Positions 45,308-56,784 of a DNA stretch of 64,000 nucleotides are shown here, piece by piece. The translations under genes were made by a program, and so were the position numbers. The DNA is taken from the NCBI GenBank assembly GCA_963804645.1, contig CAWDRG010000009.1, forward strand, positions 800,001 through 864,000. The letters run 5' to 3'. The notes beneath the pieces were generated by a model. The model was not told the DNA's origin. It saw nothing but the letters and a program-made list of their open reading frames with translations, and searched no databases. The DNA is from an uncultured Bacillota bacterium (lineage in GTDB: Bacteria > Sysuimicrobiota > Sysuimicrobiia > Sysuimicrobiales > Segetimicrobiaceae). Position 1 is the stretch's first letter; each line of letters begins with the position of its first letter.

Positions 45308-46960
45308 ACCCGGTGACGCTGTCGGTGATCGGCCACGCCTTCGCGGCGACCGCGGAGGAGATGGGCGTCAACCTCTACCGCTCCGCGCACTCGACCATCG
45401 TGCGCGAGGTCCGCGACATCGCGACGGCGGTCCTCGATCCGCGCGGCAATACCGTCGCGATCGCCAACTACATCCCGCAGCTGCTGAACGCGATCGACCC
45501 CGCGGCCGCCGCGATCGCCGAGGAGTACGAGTTCGCGTCGCTCCAGGACGGCGAGGCGTTCGTCGTCAACGACCCGTTCCACGGCGGCCAGCACATCAAC
45601 GACGTGCTGCTGTTCACGCCGATCCGGCTCGACGGCCGGCTGCTCGGCGTCAGCTGCGCCAACGTCCATCACCTGGACCTCGGGGGCGGCGCAGCGGCCA
45701 GCAACGCGCGGGCGACCGACGTGTTCCAGGAGGGCATCGTCTTCCCGCCGATGCGGATCCCGCTCGACGACGAGTGGCGGTCCTCGCCGTTCGGGAAGTT
45801 CTTCGGCGCCAACGTGCGCGCGCCCCGGACCGTGCTGGCGGATTTCGACGCGCAGATCGCCGCGTGCCGTACCGGCGAGTCCCGCGTGCGGGCGCTCGCC
45901 CGGAAATACGGGGTGGACGCGATCGCGGAGTTCATGGCCGACGTCCAGGACTACGGCGAGCGGATCTCCCGGCAGGCCATCGCCGCGATCCCGGACGGCG
46001 AGTACTACGGCGAGGCGTACATGGAGGACGACGGCACCGGCGCGGGCCCGTTCTACGTGCGCGCGACCGTCCGCATCGCCGGGAGCGACATGACGATCGA
46101 CTTTGCCGGCACGGACCCGCAGGCGCGGGGCTTCATCAACGTGCCGTGGGGCTCGACGCTCTCGAGCGTCCGGACGACCGTCGCCGCGATCCTCGGGATC
46201 ACGCATCTGCTGGTCAACGCCGGCAGCATGCGGCCGGTCCACGTGACGGCGCCGCTCGGCTGCCTGCTGAACCCGCGCTGGCCGGCCGCCACCCGGGCGC
46301 GGACCAGCGCCTGCTATAAGATCTTCGACGCGGTCAACATGGCGCTCGCGCCCGTGCTGCCGAGGCAGCGTGATGGCGCCGGGCTTCGACGCCCAGACCG
46401 GCATCTCGTTCGGCTACCGCGCGGGCGGCCACGCCCGCATCCTCTCCGAAGTGCTCGGCGCCGGGAACGGCGCGCTGTGGTGCCAGGACGGCGCCGACGG
46501 CATGATCATGCCGCTGACGAACGGCCAGAACACGCCCGTGGAATCGGTGGAAATCGAGTTCCCGTTCCTCGAGATCCTGCGCTACGGCCTCGTCCCCAAC
46601 TCCGGCGGCGACGGCGAGTATCGCGGCGGCCTCGGCATGGAGCGCGCGTACCGCATCCTCGAGGAGGACGTCACGTTCGGGCTGCACTCCGATCGGCACC
46701 GCCACGGCGCGCCGGGCCTCTTCGGCGGGGGCACGGCGGCGCCGGGCGCGTGCGTGCTGGTGCGCGACGGGACGGCCCGAGTGCTCGGGTCGAAAGTGCA
46801 CGAATCGCTGCGGGCGGGGGACCGCCTGATCGTTCGCTCGGGCGGCGGCGGAGGATACGGCCGCCCCGAGCACCGCGCCCCCGAACGCATCGAGCAGGAC
46901 GCGCGCGAGGGCCGGCAGGTCCACGGCGCGAGCGTTCCCTCGCCGGGCGATAACCTCTAG
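45304..46960 (+). CDS. hydantoinase B/oxoprolinase family protein (frameshift near 46365)
   Basis: 'MNPVTLSVI', 'NDPFHGGQHIND', 'HHLDLGG', then 'GEYRGGLG', 'GGGGYG'. Confidence 0.88.
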
Positions 46961-47098
46961 CGACGCGGTGGCTCAGACCCCGAGGCAGATCGCGAGAAGC
47001 AGAGCCACCCGACGCGGAGTCCACGATGAGGTCCCGAACCTTCCTGCCTCCGCGCCGGGATGCAGACGTCGCAGGTGCGCGCGCCGGCGCCCCGTCCG

Positions 47099-47261
47099 CT
47101 ACGGCGGCGCGGGGGCCGCCGGCGCGGTCTCGTCCGGCGAAGTGGCCGATGACCGCGTCGATGACGTAGGCCAGTTTGTCGTCGCTCATGTGCGGGCCGA
47201 CGGGCAGCGACAGCGTCTCGGCGCACAGCCGCTCGGCGACTGGAAACTGCCCCGCCCGCGT
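47099..47261 (-). pseudogene. duplicated 3' fragment of a DegT aminotransferase gene
   Basis: '[43 protein letters not shown]'; DNA nearly identical to about 48205-48341. Confidence 0.82.
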
Positions 47262-47503
47262 ACGGTTGATGGAACCGAAGCGCCTTCGATATCGCTCGAC
47301 CGTACGCCCGTCCTCCGGAAGGAGCGGTGCGCACTTCCTCTGGCTCAGTCGGACGAAAATCTTGTGCTCGTATTCTCGCCGTCCGAGTGCCTCGAAGGCA
47401 ACGCATTCGCGCCCGCCCTGTGGACCGCCGGCCCACGTGCCCGCGTACGGAAGCCGTTGCGCGTTGGAACGTCCGACTACCTCGCGGCGATGGAATGATT
47501 CGG

Positions 47504-47899
47504 TCACGTCCCCAGAAACGCGATGATATCTACCTCGACGCGCAGCTCCGGACTGCCGAGTCCTGCCACGATCAGACCGGTGTGAGGCGGCCGATGGTCG
47601 CCGAAATGCTCGAACCGCACCTGGCTTACGCCGGGAGAATCAGCCCGGTCGACGAGATACGTGGTCACTTTTACAACATCACCCCACCCCGCACCCGCGG
47701 CCGCAAGCACCCGACCAATGTTCGCATACACTTGCCGCGCCTGTGCAACGGCATCTCCGGGGCCCACTATGTTCCCCTGTGCGTCGCGACCGACTTGGCC
47801 CGCAAGGTACAGTGTGTCACCCGCGCGAATGGCGGCGACATAACTCGGCGTCCGATGCACGTCCTCGGGTTGAATAATCGTGCGGACGGGTCGATTCAA
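47504..47899 (-). CDS. RidA/YjgF family protein
   Basis: 'AGDTLYLAGQV', 'DVVKVTTYL', 'PPHT', 'RVEVDIIA'; GGAGG RBS before TTG. Confidence 0.88.
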   Translation of the reverse strand: MNRPVRTIIQPEDVHRTPSYVAAIRAGDTLYLAGQVGRDAQGNIVGPGDAVAQARQVYANIGRVLAAAGAGWGDVVKVTTYLVDRADSPGVSQVRFEHFGDHRPPHTGLIVAGLGSPELRVEVDIIAFLGT

Positions 47900-48182
47900 C
47901 AGTGCACCTCCGTCATGTGTCTGATGGCCGATTGCGTGATGCTCCGTCGATGGGCGCGGCGCTCCCTCGAGAAACGCCGACTCAGACGTGCCCGTCATCT
48001 TGTTCGCGTGCCACCCCGCCGTCAGCGGAGACCGACGTGGCACACGAGCCGAAGCCGATCGCTCGTCAGCTGGCATCCCGCGCCAAAGAGGGCGCGTTTG
48101 GCAGTGTCGCAACTAGACAGGACCGCACTGCGACCCACCGGGGCTGGTACGTCACCGATACCGGGGGCGGGCGGTCTGTCCG

Positions 48183-49344
48183 TTACGGCCGGACGGCCGC
48201 CGCCGTCTCGCGCCCGGCGAAGTGGCCGATGACCGCGTCGGCGACGTAGGCCAGCTTGTCGTCGCTCATGTGCGGGCCGACGGGGAGCGACAGCGTCTCG
48301 CTGCACAGCCGTTCGGCGACCGGGAACTGCCCCGCCCGCGTGCTGTATTGCTCCATCACCGGCGTCAGCAAATGGAGCGGCGTGGGATACAGGGCGATCG
48401 CCTCAATCCCGCGCTCGGCCAGCGTCTCTCGCAGCGCGTCCCGCTCGGGGCTCCAGACGGTGTAATGGAGGTACGACGGCGCCGCCCACGGTCGCGCGGG
48501 CGGCAGCCGCAGGGGCACCCCGGCCTCCTGAAAGCGCGCGGTATAATACGCGGCCGCCCTCGCCGGTGCGCCACATACTGCGGCAGGCGCCCCAGGTCGA
48601 TGCGGCCGAGCGCCGCGCAGAGCTCCGTCATGTGCATGTTGTAGCCGACCCAGCGCTGGTCGTACCACTGGGTGTCGGTCCGCCGGACGAAGCTGATCCG
48701 CTCATCCCGCACCCGCCCCTGATCCCGGAGGCTCGACAGGTCCTCCGCGAGCGCGCGGTCGTCCGTGACCGCGCCGCCGCCGGGCCCGAAAATCGTGATC
48801 ATCTTCCCGAAAAGCTGAAGAACCCCATGTCGCCGATGCCGCCGGCCCGCCGGCCCTTGTACTCGGCCCCGAGCGCGTGCGCGGCGTCCTCGATCACGAA
48901 CAGGCCGTGCCGCTCTGGCCGTCTCCATGATCGGGTCCATGTCGCACGGAAACCCATAGTCGTGAATGGCGAAGACCGCCTTCGTCCGAGGCGTGACCGC
49001 GGCCTCGACCGCGTCCGGCCGGATGTTGGACGTCTCGGCGTCGACCTCCACAAATACAGGCGTGGCGCCGCGCTTGACGACGGCGGCCAGCACGCCGACG
49101 TAGCCGTTGGCCGGCAGGATGCACTTCGTCGCCCGGGCCGATGCGCTTCGCGTCCAGCGCGAGCAGGCAAATCGAGGTGCCCGAGTTCGCCGTGACGCCG
49201 TACCGGCGGCGGCACCACGCGGCCAGTTCCGCCTCAAAGCGCTCGGTTTCTTCCCCGCCGTAGGTCTTCCCGGTCTCCAGCACTTCCAAGCGCCTTGCTC
49301 CGCTGCTCGGGCGTCGGGGCCATCAACCGGTTCGGAATGTTCAT
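48183..49344 (-). CDS. DegT/DnrJ/EryC1/StrS family aminotransferase (copy 6, frameshifted; close paralog of copy 2)
   Basis: '[18 protein letters not shown]', 'EDAAHA', 'FFSF/GKMIT', '[12 protein letters not shown]', 'LSLPVGPHM'. Confidence 0.88.
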
Positions 49345-49462
49345 CTGCACACCGCCTCGGTGGCGCATGATCGTGAAACAGGCACCGTGGACGTTCGATC
49401 ACATCGCCGCGACTCCTGTGGTTCGAGGACTTCGCGCGGCGCGAACCTGAACATTAGTGTGC

Positions 49463-50817
49463 ATGGCGGCCTCACACCACCGAACGCCATCTCGCCGACC
49501 TGGCGGCATGGGCCTCGGGCCTGAACATCTCCGACATCCCGGCCGACGTTTTGCGGCGGGCCGCCCTCATCGTCCTCGACCTCGTCGGCTGCAACCTCGC
49601 CGGCAGCCGCGACGACGGGATGCCCGCGTTCGCGACGGCGCTCGGCCTTCGGCCAGGCCGTGCGACGCTCGTGGGGACGGCGGTTCGAGCGGATCCGGCG
49701 GCCGCCGCTCTGTTCAACGCCGCGGCGATCGTCGCGCTCGAGCTCGACGAGACGAACCTGTTCGCGAAAGGTCATCCCGGCGCGCATGTCTGGCCCGCGG
49801 TCCTCGCCGCCGCCGAGGACGAGGGACGCTCAGGCGCCGATCTCCTGACCGCGTTCGTCGCCGGCTACGAAACGGGCGCCCGTGTCGGCCACGCGTCGCA
49901 GCTGTCGCCGTCGGTTCACCCGCACGGCACGGCCGTCGCGGTCGCGGCCGCGGCGGGCCTGGCGAGACTCTGGAGGTTCTCGCCGGAACAGTTCGCGGCG
50001 GCGGTGCAGCAGGGCGCGGCCCTCCTCGTCGCCGGCGGACTGGAACGCCGCGCGGCTTGGCGGCACGGTGCGGAACCTCTTTGCCGGCGTCGCGGCTCAG
50101 AACGCGTTCGTCGCGGCCGAAAGCATCCGGAGCGGCCTGACGCATGACCCGGCGGCCCTCGATGCAGTGCTCGGTCAGATCCTCGGGACGGGTCTGGAGG
50201 CCGCGGCGCTGTCCGCAGGGCTGGGCGATGAGTGGGCGATCACGGGTGAGCTCTACTTCAAGCACCACGCGTGCTGTCTCGGAGTCCACAGCGCGCTCGA
50301 CGCGCTGCTGGATCTCCGGCGGCGCGTGCCGTTTGCTCCCGATCGCGTGCGCCGCGTCGTGGTCGCGACGTACCGTTCGGCCGCGCTCTTGGGCAACCGC
50401 GAACCCGCGACCCCGCTCGCGGCGAAGTTTTCGATCCCCCACGCGCTCGCCGCCGCGATGGTGCTGGGAGAGACGGGACCCGGCGCGTTCGACCGAGTCG
50501 AGCCTTCGCAACGAGCACATCAGATCGCTGTCTCGGCTGATCGACGTCTCGGAGGATCCGTCCCTGACGGCGCGCCTGCCGGCCTCGCGGCCCGCGCGCG
50601 TCCTCGTCACGCTGGACGACCGGCAGCTCGTCGGCGAGTGCGCCCGGTCGGAGGGGCTGAACGCCGGGGCCGGGCGGACGCGCGATTGAAGAAAAGTTCA
50701 CGAGGCTGGCGGAGCCGGTGATCGGGCCGGACGCCGCGGCCGCCGTGCCGGGACGCCGTCCGGCGGCTCGACACGCTGCCGCACGCCGCCGCCCTGACCG
50801 CGCTGCTGCAGACCTGA
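49463..50817 (+). CDS. MmgE/PrpD family protein (frameshifted)
   Basis: 'LELDE...GHPGAHVWPA', 'GYE', 'YFKHHACC', 'AKFSIPH'. Confidence 0.85.
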
Positions 50818-50845
50818 GAAACGGCGCTGCAGAAGGGCGGCCGGG

Positions 50846-52240
50846 CTACAGTCGCGGCTCGGTCCGCCCCGCGGCCCGGACCTCAAGCCACCGGCCGCGG
50901 CCCCGTTCGGCGGTGATCTGGGTACGATCGAGCACCACGTCTCCTCGGCTGATGGTAAACACGGGCCATCCGCAGACCTCGCGCCCATCGTACACGGAAT
51001 ATCCCGCGCGCGACTGCATCGACGCGCCGTCGATGGTGCGCGACAGGTCCGGATCCCAGACGACGAGGTCGGCGTCCGAGCCCACCGCGATCGTGCCCTT
51101 TCGCGGGTACAGGCCGAAGATCTTGGCGACGTTCGTGCTGGTGAGCTCCACGAAACGCGACAGCGAGATGCGCCCCGTGCGGACGCCTTCCGAAAAGAGC
51201 ATCGGCATGAGGGTCTCGAGATCGGCGACGCCGTTCCGCACGGTGGCCACCGTGAGCGAGGGATCGGTCTTTTGACGGAGCGTCCACGGCGCGTGATCCG
51301 TGCAGACGGCCTGAATATCGCCGCCCGCGACGCCGGCCCAGATGGCGTCGACGTCCGCCTGCTCGCGAAGCGGAGGCGCGCCGGTGTATTTGGCGCCGTC
51401 CGGCTCCTCGAGCCGTTCGCGGGTCAGATACAGGTAAAGCGGCCGTGTCTCCACATACACGGGCAGCCCCTCGGCGCGGGCCGCGCGGCACCGGGCCAGG
51501 GCCGCCGACGAGGAGAGATGGACCACGTAGACCGCGGCGCCCGTCGCCCGCGCAAAGCCGATGGCCCGTTCGGTCGCGACCGCTTCCGTGTAATCCGGCC
51601 GGCTCTCGGGATAGTGTCGAAGACCGGCGCGGCCTTCCTCCGCCAGCCGTCCTTTGAGAAACCGCTGGAGCGCGCCGTCTTCGCAGTGCACCAAAGTGAT
51701 CAGCCCGGTCTCGGCGGCGGCGCGCATCGCCCGGAGGTACCCGTCGATCTCCGTGTCGAAGTTGTCGCGGCTCATAAAGATCTTCAGGCTGCCGTGCCCC
51801 TGTGCCGCGAGCGTGCGCACTTCCTCGATTGCCGCCGCCGTCGGTTCGGTCAGCACGGGGTGCAGCACGAAATCGACCGCCGCGTCGCGGCGCGCCGCGG
51901 CGAGATCCCGGTCAAGCGCGTCGCGCACCCGCTCGCCGGCCCACTGAAATGTCATGTTGCCGATCGTCGTCACGCCGCCGGCGATGGCCGCCCGGGAACC
52001 CGTCCAGAAGTCGTCCACCCACAACTCGCGACCGGGCTCCGGCCGCGCCGCTTGGCTGAGATGGACGTGGATATCGACGCCGCCGGGAAGCACATAGCGG
52101 CCGGCCGCATCGAGCTCGCGCCGCCCGCGCATCGCGCCCCCCACCTGCGCGATCACGCCGTCTCGAATGCCGATATCGGCCGGGCCGTTCCACGCCGCGG
52201 TGACGATAACGCCGCTGCGAATGATGAGGTCATGTTCCAT
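50846..52240 (-). CDS. hydA: dihydropyrimidinase / D-hydantoinase
   Basis: 'PGGVDIHVH', 'AAIAGGVTT', 'SLKIFM', 'HCED', 'VVHLS', 'TDHAPW', 'GSDADLVVWDP'. Confidence 0.88.
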   Translation of the reverse strand: MEHDLIIRSGVIVTAAWNGPADIGIRDGVIAQVGGAMRGRRELDAAGRYVLPGGVDIHVHLSQAARPEPGRELWVDDFWTGSRAAIAGGVTTIGNMTFQWAGERVRDALDRDLAAARRDAAVDFVLHPVLTEPTAAAIEEVRTLAAQGHGSLKIFMSRDNFDTEIDGYLRAMRAAAETGLITLVHCEDGALQRFLKGRLAEEGRAGLRHYPESRPDYTEAVATERAIGFARATGAAVYVVHLSSSAALARCRAARAEGLPVYVETRPLYLYLTRERLEEPDGAKYTGAPPLREQADVDAIWAGVAGGDIQAVCTDHAPWTLRQKTDPSLTVATVRNGVADLETLMPMLFSEGVRTGRISLSRFVELTSTNVAKIFGLYPRKGTIAVGSDADLVVWDPDLSRTIDGASMQSRAGYSVYDGREVCGWPVFTISRGDVVLDRTQITAERGRGRWLEVRAAGRTEPRL

Positions 52241-52326
52241 ATGCGTGAAGATCAGATTCGTAGGGACGGACCAGCGGACCTTTCAGGTGCTACACGACCG
52301 CCGAGACTGCGCGGCGTTTTTGCTCT

Positions 52327-52773
52327 CTAGGCCTTGCGGGAGACCTTGCGCTTGGGCGCCTTCTTGCCGCGTGAGGTGTTCAGCGCAGCCGCCGCCCTTA
52401 CGAGACCCCTGAACGCGTTCTCGTCAATCTCATGTTCCGCATCGATAACGATGGCGCGGAAGGCGTTGCCTTCGAGACTGGCATTGAAGAGGCCGTTCGG
52501 GTCCTTGAGAGAAGCGCCTTTGGCGAAGGTCAGCCTCACGTGGTGCTTGTAGGTCTCGCCGGTGCAAATGATCCCTTCGTGAGACCATACCGGAACCCCG
52601 GCAGGGTTCGATGGCTTCTTCCATTTCCGCTCTTCGACGACGTCGGGGGCAGCTTGCCTGATGAGAGCACGAAGCCGGGAGAGGGTCTCACCCCGCCAGT
52701 CGCTCAACTCCGCTGCTCGTGTGCCGATGAACTGGGATGCAGTTTCGCCGGACGCCAACTCTGGACCCTTCAT
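52327..52773 (-). CDS. DUF1801 (YdhG-like) domain protein
   Basis: 'DWRGETLSRLR...VVEERKW...GVPVWSHEGIICTGETYK...TFAKGASLKDP..LFNASLEGN'. Confidence 0.85.
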   Translation of the reverse strand: MKGPELASGETASQFIGTRAAELSDWRGETLSRLRALIRQAAPDVVEERKWKKPSNPAGVPVWSHEGIICTGETYKHHVRLTFAKGASLKDPNGLFNASLEGNAFRAIVIDAEHEIDENAFRGLVRAAAALNTSRGKKAPKRKVSRKA

Positions 52774-53256
52774 GGTCCGAACTCGGGAACCTCTGTCTCC
52801 CCGTATACCTTGCGCCTTTTTCGCCACAGCATCACCAACGAATCGTATTTGCCCGCGTGCTCCAAACTTATCAATCGGAATTTTCAATGAGTATTGAGCC
52901 CAAACAGCCCTTCGCGCCACTCCTTGCTTTCCCACGGAGATTTCCGTTTTTGCGCCCCCGCTCCTCTAGTCTCTACGGTAGCGGCCTGATTCGAGGACGA
53001 ACGGGGACCGGATCGCCTGAGGGCTCAGCGCGTCTCGTCGTTGAACGCGTCGCGTAGCTGTTTACTGAGCGCCCGGTAGGGGCTCCGCGGATTCGGGAAG
53101 CAAGACAGGGAAGTTGGCGGCGGACGGCGCATTAGAGACCCCGGGCGCTATTCAACGCGCGCCGCTTCACTGCTGCCGGACACCCGGACAGGCGGAGGCC
53201 ATCGTCATGCCGGAGAGTGCCGTGCCGCCGGCGTTCATTGTGATCGTGCCCCGACC

Positions 53257-54061
53257 ATGAACGCGCCGGTGCCAGACCTCAAGCTCGCCACCTGGAACGT
53301 CAACGGGATCCGGGCGCGTCAGGGCGAGGTCCAGCAATGGATCGAGCGCGAGCGCCCGGACGTCGTGTGTTTGCAGGAGATAAAGGCCGCGTCCAACCAG
53401 GTGCCCTCCGCGCTGTGCGAGATGGAAGGATACTGGTGCTACTGGCACGGCGACAAAGGCTACTCAGGCGTCGCGCTTCACATCAACAAGACGACGGCGC
53501 CCGAGCGGCCGGCGTTCGTTCATCCCGTCGTTCGATAGCGAGAGTCGTATCGTGGTGACGGAAGTCGCCGGCATCACGATCGCGTTCCGTCTACGTGCCC
53601 AACGGCGGTCAGGGACTTCGCGGCGAAAATGCGGTTCCTGGAAGCGCTCGACGAATACGCCGCGTCGTTCCAGACTGAGATCGGCGAGACGCACGGCCAC
53701 TCGTACTGTGCGGCGATATGAACGTGGCGCGAGCCGACATGCGATGTCCATCCAAAGGAACGCAAGCCCGCGCGCGATCGGACAGCTGCCCGAGGAGCGC
53801 GCGATGATCGAGCGGATCCTCGGCCGCGGCCTGGTCGACCTCGGGCGCGCGCTCGATCCGGACAACGACGGTCTCTTTACCTGGTGGGCGCCCTGGCGGA
53901 ATATGCGGCAACGCAACATCGGCTGGCGGCTCGACTATGTGTTCGTAAGCGCCTCACTGGCAGCGCAGGCAACCACGTGCCTGGTCCAAAGAGATGTAGG
54001 AACCAGTGACCATGCACCGGTGATGGCTTGCTTCAGATCCCAACGCGTCGTGACCCCGTGA
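53257..54061 (+). CDS. xth: exodeoxyribonuclease III (frameshifted)
   Basis: 'ATWNVNGIR', 'CLQEIK', 'GYSGVA', 'FTWW', 'GWRLDY', 'SDHAPV'. Confidence 0.88.
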
Positions 54062-54683
54062 CGCCGCAGCGACAGCGACCGACCGCCGGCTGGCGCCAAC
54101 CGGTCGCACCTGCGAGTCAAACCCATTCTCGGATGCCGACCGGCCCCCTCGGCCTGCGGGCGACGGGACGGTACGTCGGATGACAACATCGGCGCGGCTG
54201 TCGCGCACGAGGCTGGCGCATCTACCGGAGACGGTCGTGCGACCGCGCTACGACCCTAAGACTGTCGGCACCGACATCGTCCATCTCGGCCTCGGTGCGT
54301 TTCATGGCGCGCACCAGGCCGTCTACACGGACGCGGCCTGATGCCCGGCCCACATCGGGCGATTCGGCCGCGCTGCCGTCCCTGGGTTCGCCCACGTAAT
54401 CGAATGCACCCGTTTGTGTGACACACCGTTCTCCAGCAGGCTTGGGAAGGCGAAGAGATTCTGATCAAGGAGGATCTCGCCCGATTGCGCTGATTGTTTC
54501 TTTGTCGTCAGCTTTCTGCGCGCCGCCCGCCCGCGGCATGCCCTTCGAGCAAGCCGGTGGACCTGCGCACTCGGAATGCGCAGGTCAACGGTTTTGACCC
54601 ACTCGCGGCCCCCGAGGATTCGTGGGTCTCTTGCGAGGCTCGATCCTGCCGACCACCGCCGGTGGAGCCATTTCAGTGGCCAG

Positions 54684-54989
54684 TCATCCGGTACGAGCCA
54701 GGACAGCAACTTCTCTATTGAGGCGAGACCCGAGCTTGTCTTTCTCGACCTCGAGGTCATAACGAGATTGAAGGTTAAGCCAAAATCTCTCGGACGTTCC
54801 GAAGTGACGCGCCAATCGAAGCGCGGTATCAGCACTGATCGACCGAGTTCCGTGTACTATTTCGTTGATTCGACGCGACGGAACGTTGATCGCCTTGGCC
54901 AATCTGTACTGGCTGACTCCTAAAGGCTTGAGGAATTCCTCATTGAGGACTTCGCCTGGGTGGATGGGCGGTGTCTTTTTCACTGCCAT
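54684..54989 (-). CDS. higA: HigA family antitoxin (Xre HTH)
   Basis: 'PIHPGEVLNEEFL', 'RINEIVHG.RSISADTALRLARHFGTSERFWLNLQ'. Confidence 0.95.
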   Translation of the reverse strand: MAVKKTPPIHPGEVLNEEFLKPLGVSQYRLAKAINVPSRRINEIVHGTRSISADTALRLARHFGTSERFWLNLQSRYDLEVEKDKLGSRLNREVAVLARTG

Positions 54990-55002
54990 CGGCTATACCT
55001 CG

Positions 55003-55284
55003 TCAATGATAGTCGACGATCTCAACGTCATGAGCGTCTCCATCCGTCCACCTAAAGCAAATACGCCATTGATCGTTAATGCGGACGCTAAATTTGCCCT
55101 TTCGATCCCCAGAGAGTTTCTCCAGTCTATTCCCGGGCGGTACTCTTAGGTCATCCAGCGATTCCGCCGCATCGATTACGAGAAGTTTCAGTAGCGCCTT
55201 TCGCTGAACCTCCGGCGCAAACTTCCGCGGTCGCGCTCGTTGGAAGACTCGTTCCGTGTCGCGATCTCGGAAGCCCCGAATCAC
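55003..55284 (-). CDS. higB: HigB/RelE family toxin
   Basis: 'MIRGFRD', 'DLRVPPGNRLEKLSGDRKGKFSVRINDQWRICF', 'VEIVDYH'. Confidence 0.95.
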   Translation of the reverse strand: MIRGFRDRDTERVFQRARPRKFAPEVQRKALLKLLVIDAAESLDDLRVPPGNRLEKLSGDRKGKFSVRINDQWRICFRWTDGDAHDVEIVDYH

Positions 55285-55291
55285 AATAGAG

Positions 55292-55320
55292 ATAATAACG
55301 CGTCACGTTACTATTGTCAA
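55292..55320 (-). promoter_or_regulatory. higBA sigma70 promoter with overlapping palindromic operator
   Basis: Minus strand TTGACA-N17-TATTAT; inverted repeat ATAATAACG-N5-CGTTACTAT (55292-55314). Confidence 0.8.
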
Positions 55321-55362
55321 TTGATTTAGGCGCACTCCGAATCCGCACGTCAATGTGCTCAC

Positions 55363-55550
55363 CAGCCGGGACTCGGGGTCTCGCTCCGAAAGACGATCCT
55401 CGCCGGCTGGGCGCCATCCGCAGCGCGTCCGTGCGGCACCCGACCGCCTCGGCGGACGCGGCCACGCTCCGGCAGCTCGAGCGGATCGAGGAGTACCTCG
55501 AGGCGCGCGGCTATCTCACCCGGCGCGCCGCCAAGACGTCCACGCGGTAA
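55363..55550 (+). pseudogene. relic 3' end of a probable DapA/DHDPS-family gene
   Basis: 'QPGLGVSLRKTIL/RRLGAIRSASVRHPTASADAATLRQL' resembles DHDPS-family C-termini; coding-like GC3; no 5' part. Confidence 0.5.
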
Positions 55551-55632
55551 CCACGTCGCGATCCCCCCGCGTGACGTCGGGGGCTTCCTTCCCGAGCCCG
55601 CACTCACCATGTTGCGAGAAGGCGTGGTTCGC

Positions 55633-56784
55633 TCAGACCGAGTTGTACTCAACCGACTCCCACCGACCGGTTTTCCCGCTCCTCAGCACCGCCCCATGGA
55701 CGGAGACGGCGGCAAGTCCATCGTGGAACGTCGGATACGCGACCTCGGCCTGATCAGATGGGTTCCCTGCGACGATCGCTTCGTACATGTGCGCGACGAG
55801 CTGCTTGAATGTGTCCGCAAATCCCTCAGGAAATGCTGCACCGTATCCCACGTAGCCGCGGGCTCTGTCCGTCAGCAACGCGGGATCTCTCAACACGATC
55901 TGATTCGGCACGTGGCGGCTTCCAACCCAGAGCTCATTACCGTCGGGAGCGTGCCACGCGGCCGCCTGACGGCTGCCGTCTACTTCGACGGCATAATCGT
56001 ACCTCCGGCCCGCGGAGGCCTGCGAGATGCCCAGGATTCCGCGGCATCCTCCGCGGAAACGGACGAGCAGGTGGGCAATTTCCTGGCCATCCACCTTCGT
56101 TTCGGGGCCATCCGGTCCGCCCGCCCGCCGCCGCGGGTGAACGGTTCGCAAATCCGCGCACACCTCTGTGATCACATTGCCGACCACAAAGGTGACGAGG
56201 TCGATGAGGTGGCAGCCGATCGTGGACAGCGCCACGGACGGTCCGCCGATGGACGGGTCAAGCCGCCAGTTCCAGTCCGTGGCCTCGAGCAGACCATCCT
56301 CCAGCACCGACGCCCGCACCGCCACGATCTCTCCCAGATCCCCGCGCCGCACCCGCTCGCGGAGCTCCTGGATCAGCGGGTAGAATCGCATATTGAAGCA
56401 GACCGCGTGAACGCCGCCGGCGGCCACCGCCGTGCGCGCGAGTTCAAGGGCCTCGGTCTCGGTGATCGCCAGCGGCTTCTCGAGCATCACGTGCTTGCCG
56501 GCCGCCAGCGCCTGCAGGGCCATTGGATAGTGGAAGACGTTGGGCGTGCAGATGTGCACCACGTCGATCTCGGGATCCGCCAGGACGAGAGAGAAGTCCG
56601 CGGTCGCGGTCTCGGCGCCGATCTGGTCTCGGGCCGCCTTCGCCCCAGCGTCTGTTCTCCCGACGACGACTCGAACCCGAGCGCCCGCCCTTCGGATCGC
56701 TTCGGCATGGATGCGTCCGATCGTCCCCGGACCGACGACCGCCGCCCGCACGTCGGCAACGTTCCTCACGCCGGTCCGCCTCAT
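55633..56784 (-). CDS. Gfo/Idh/MocA family oxidoreductase
   Basis: 'VVGPGTIG', 'HICTPN', 'GKHVMLEKP', 'FNMRFYP', 'DWNWR', 'IGCH'. Confidence 0.92.
   Translation of the reverse strand: MRRTGVRNVADVRAAVVGPGTIGRIHAEAIRRAGARVRVVVGRTDAGAKAARDQIGAETATADFSLVLADPEIDVVHICTPNVFHYPMALQALAAGKHVMLEKPLAITETEALELARTAVAAGGVHAVCFNMRFYPLIQELRERVRRGDLGEIVAVRASVLEDGLLEATDWNWRLDPSIGGPSVALSTIGCHLIDLVTFVVGNVITEVCADLRTVHPRRRAGGPDGPETKVDGQEIAHLLVRFRGGCRGILGISQASAGRRYDYAVEVDGSRQAAAWHAPDGNELWVGSRHVPNQIVLRDPALLTDRARGYVGYGAAFPEGFADTFKQLVAHMYEAIVAGNPSDQAEVAYPTFHDGLAAVSVHGAVLRSGKTGRWESVEYNSV

Noticed and set aside
53055..53110. SRP RNA-like words (CTGTTTAC, GGAAGCA)
   Set aside because: The conserved CAGG-N-GNRA-N-AGCA helix 8 arrangement cannot be formed.
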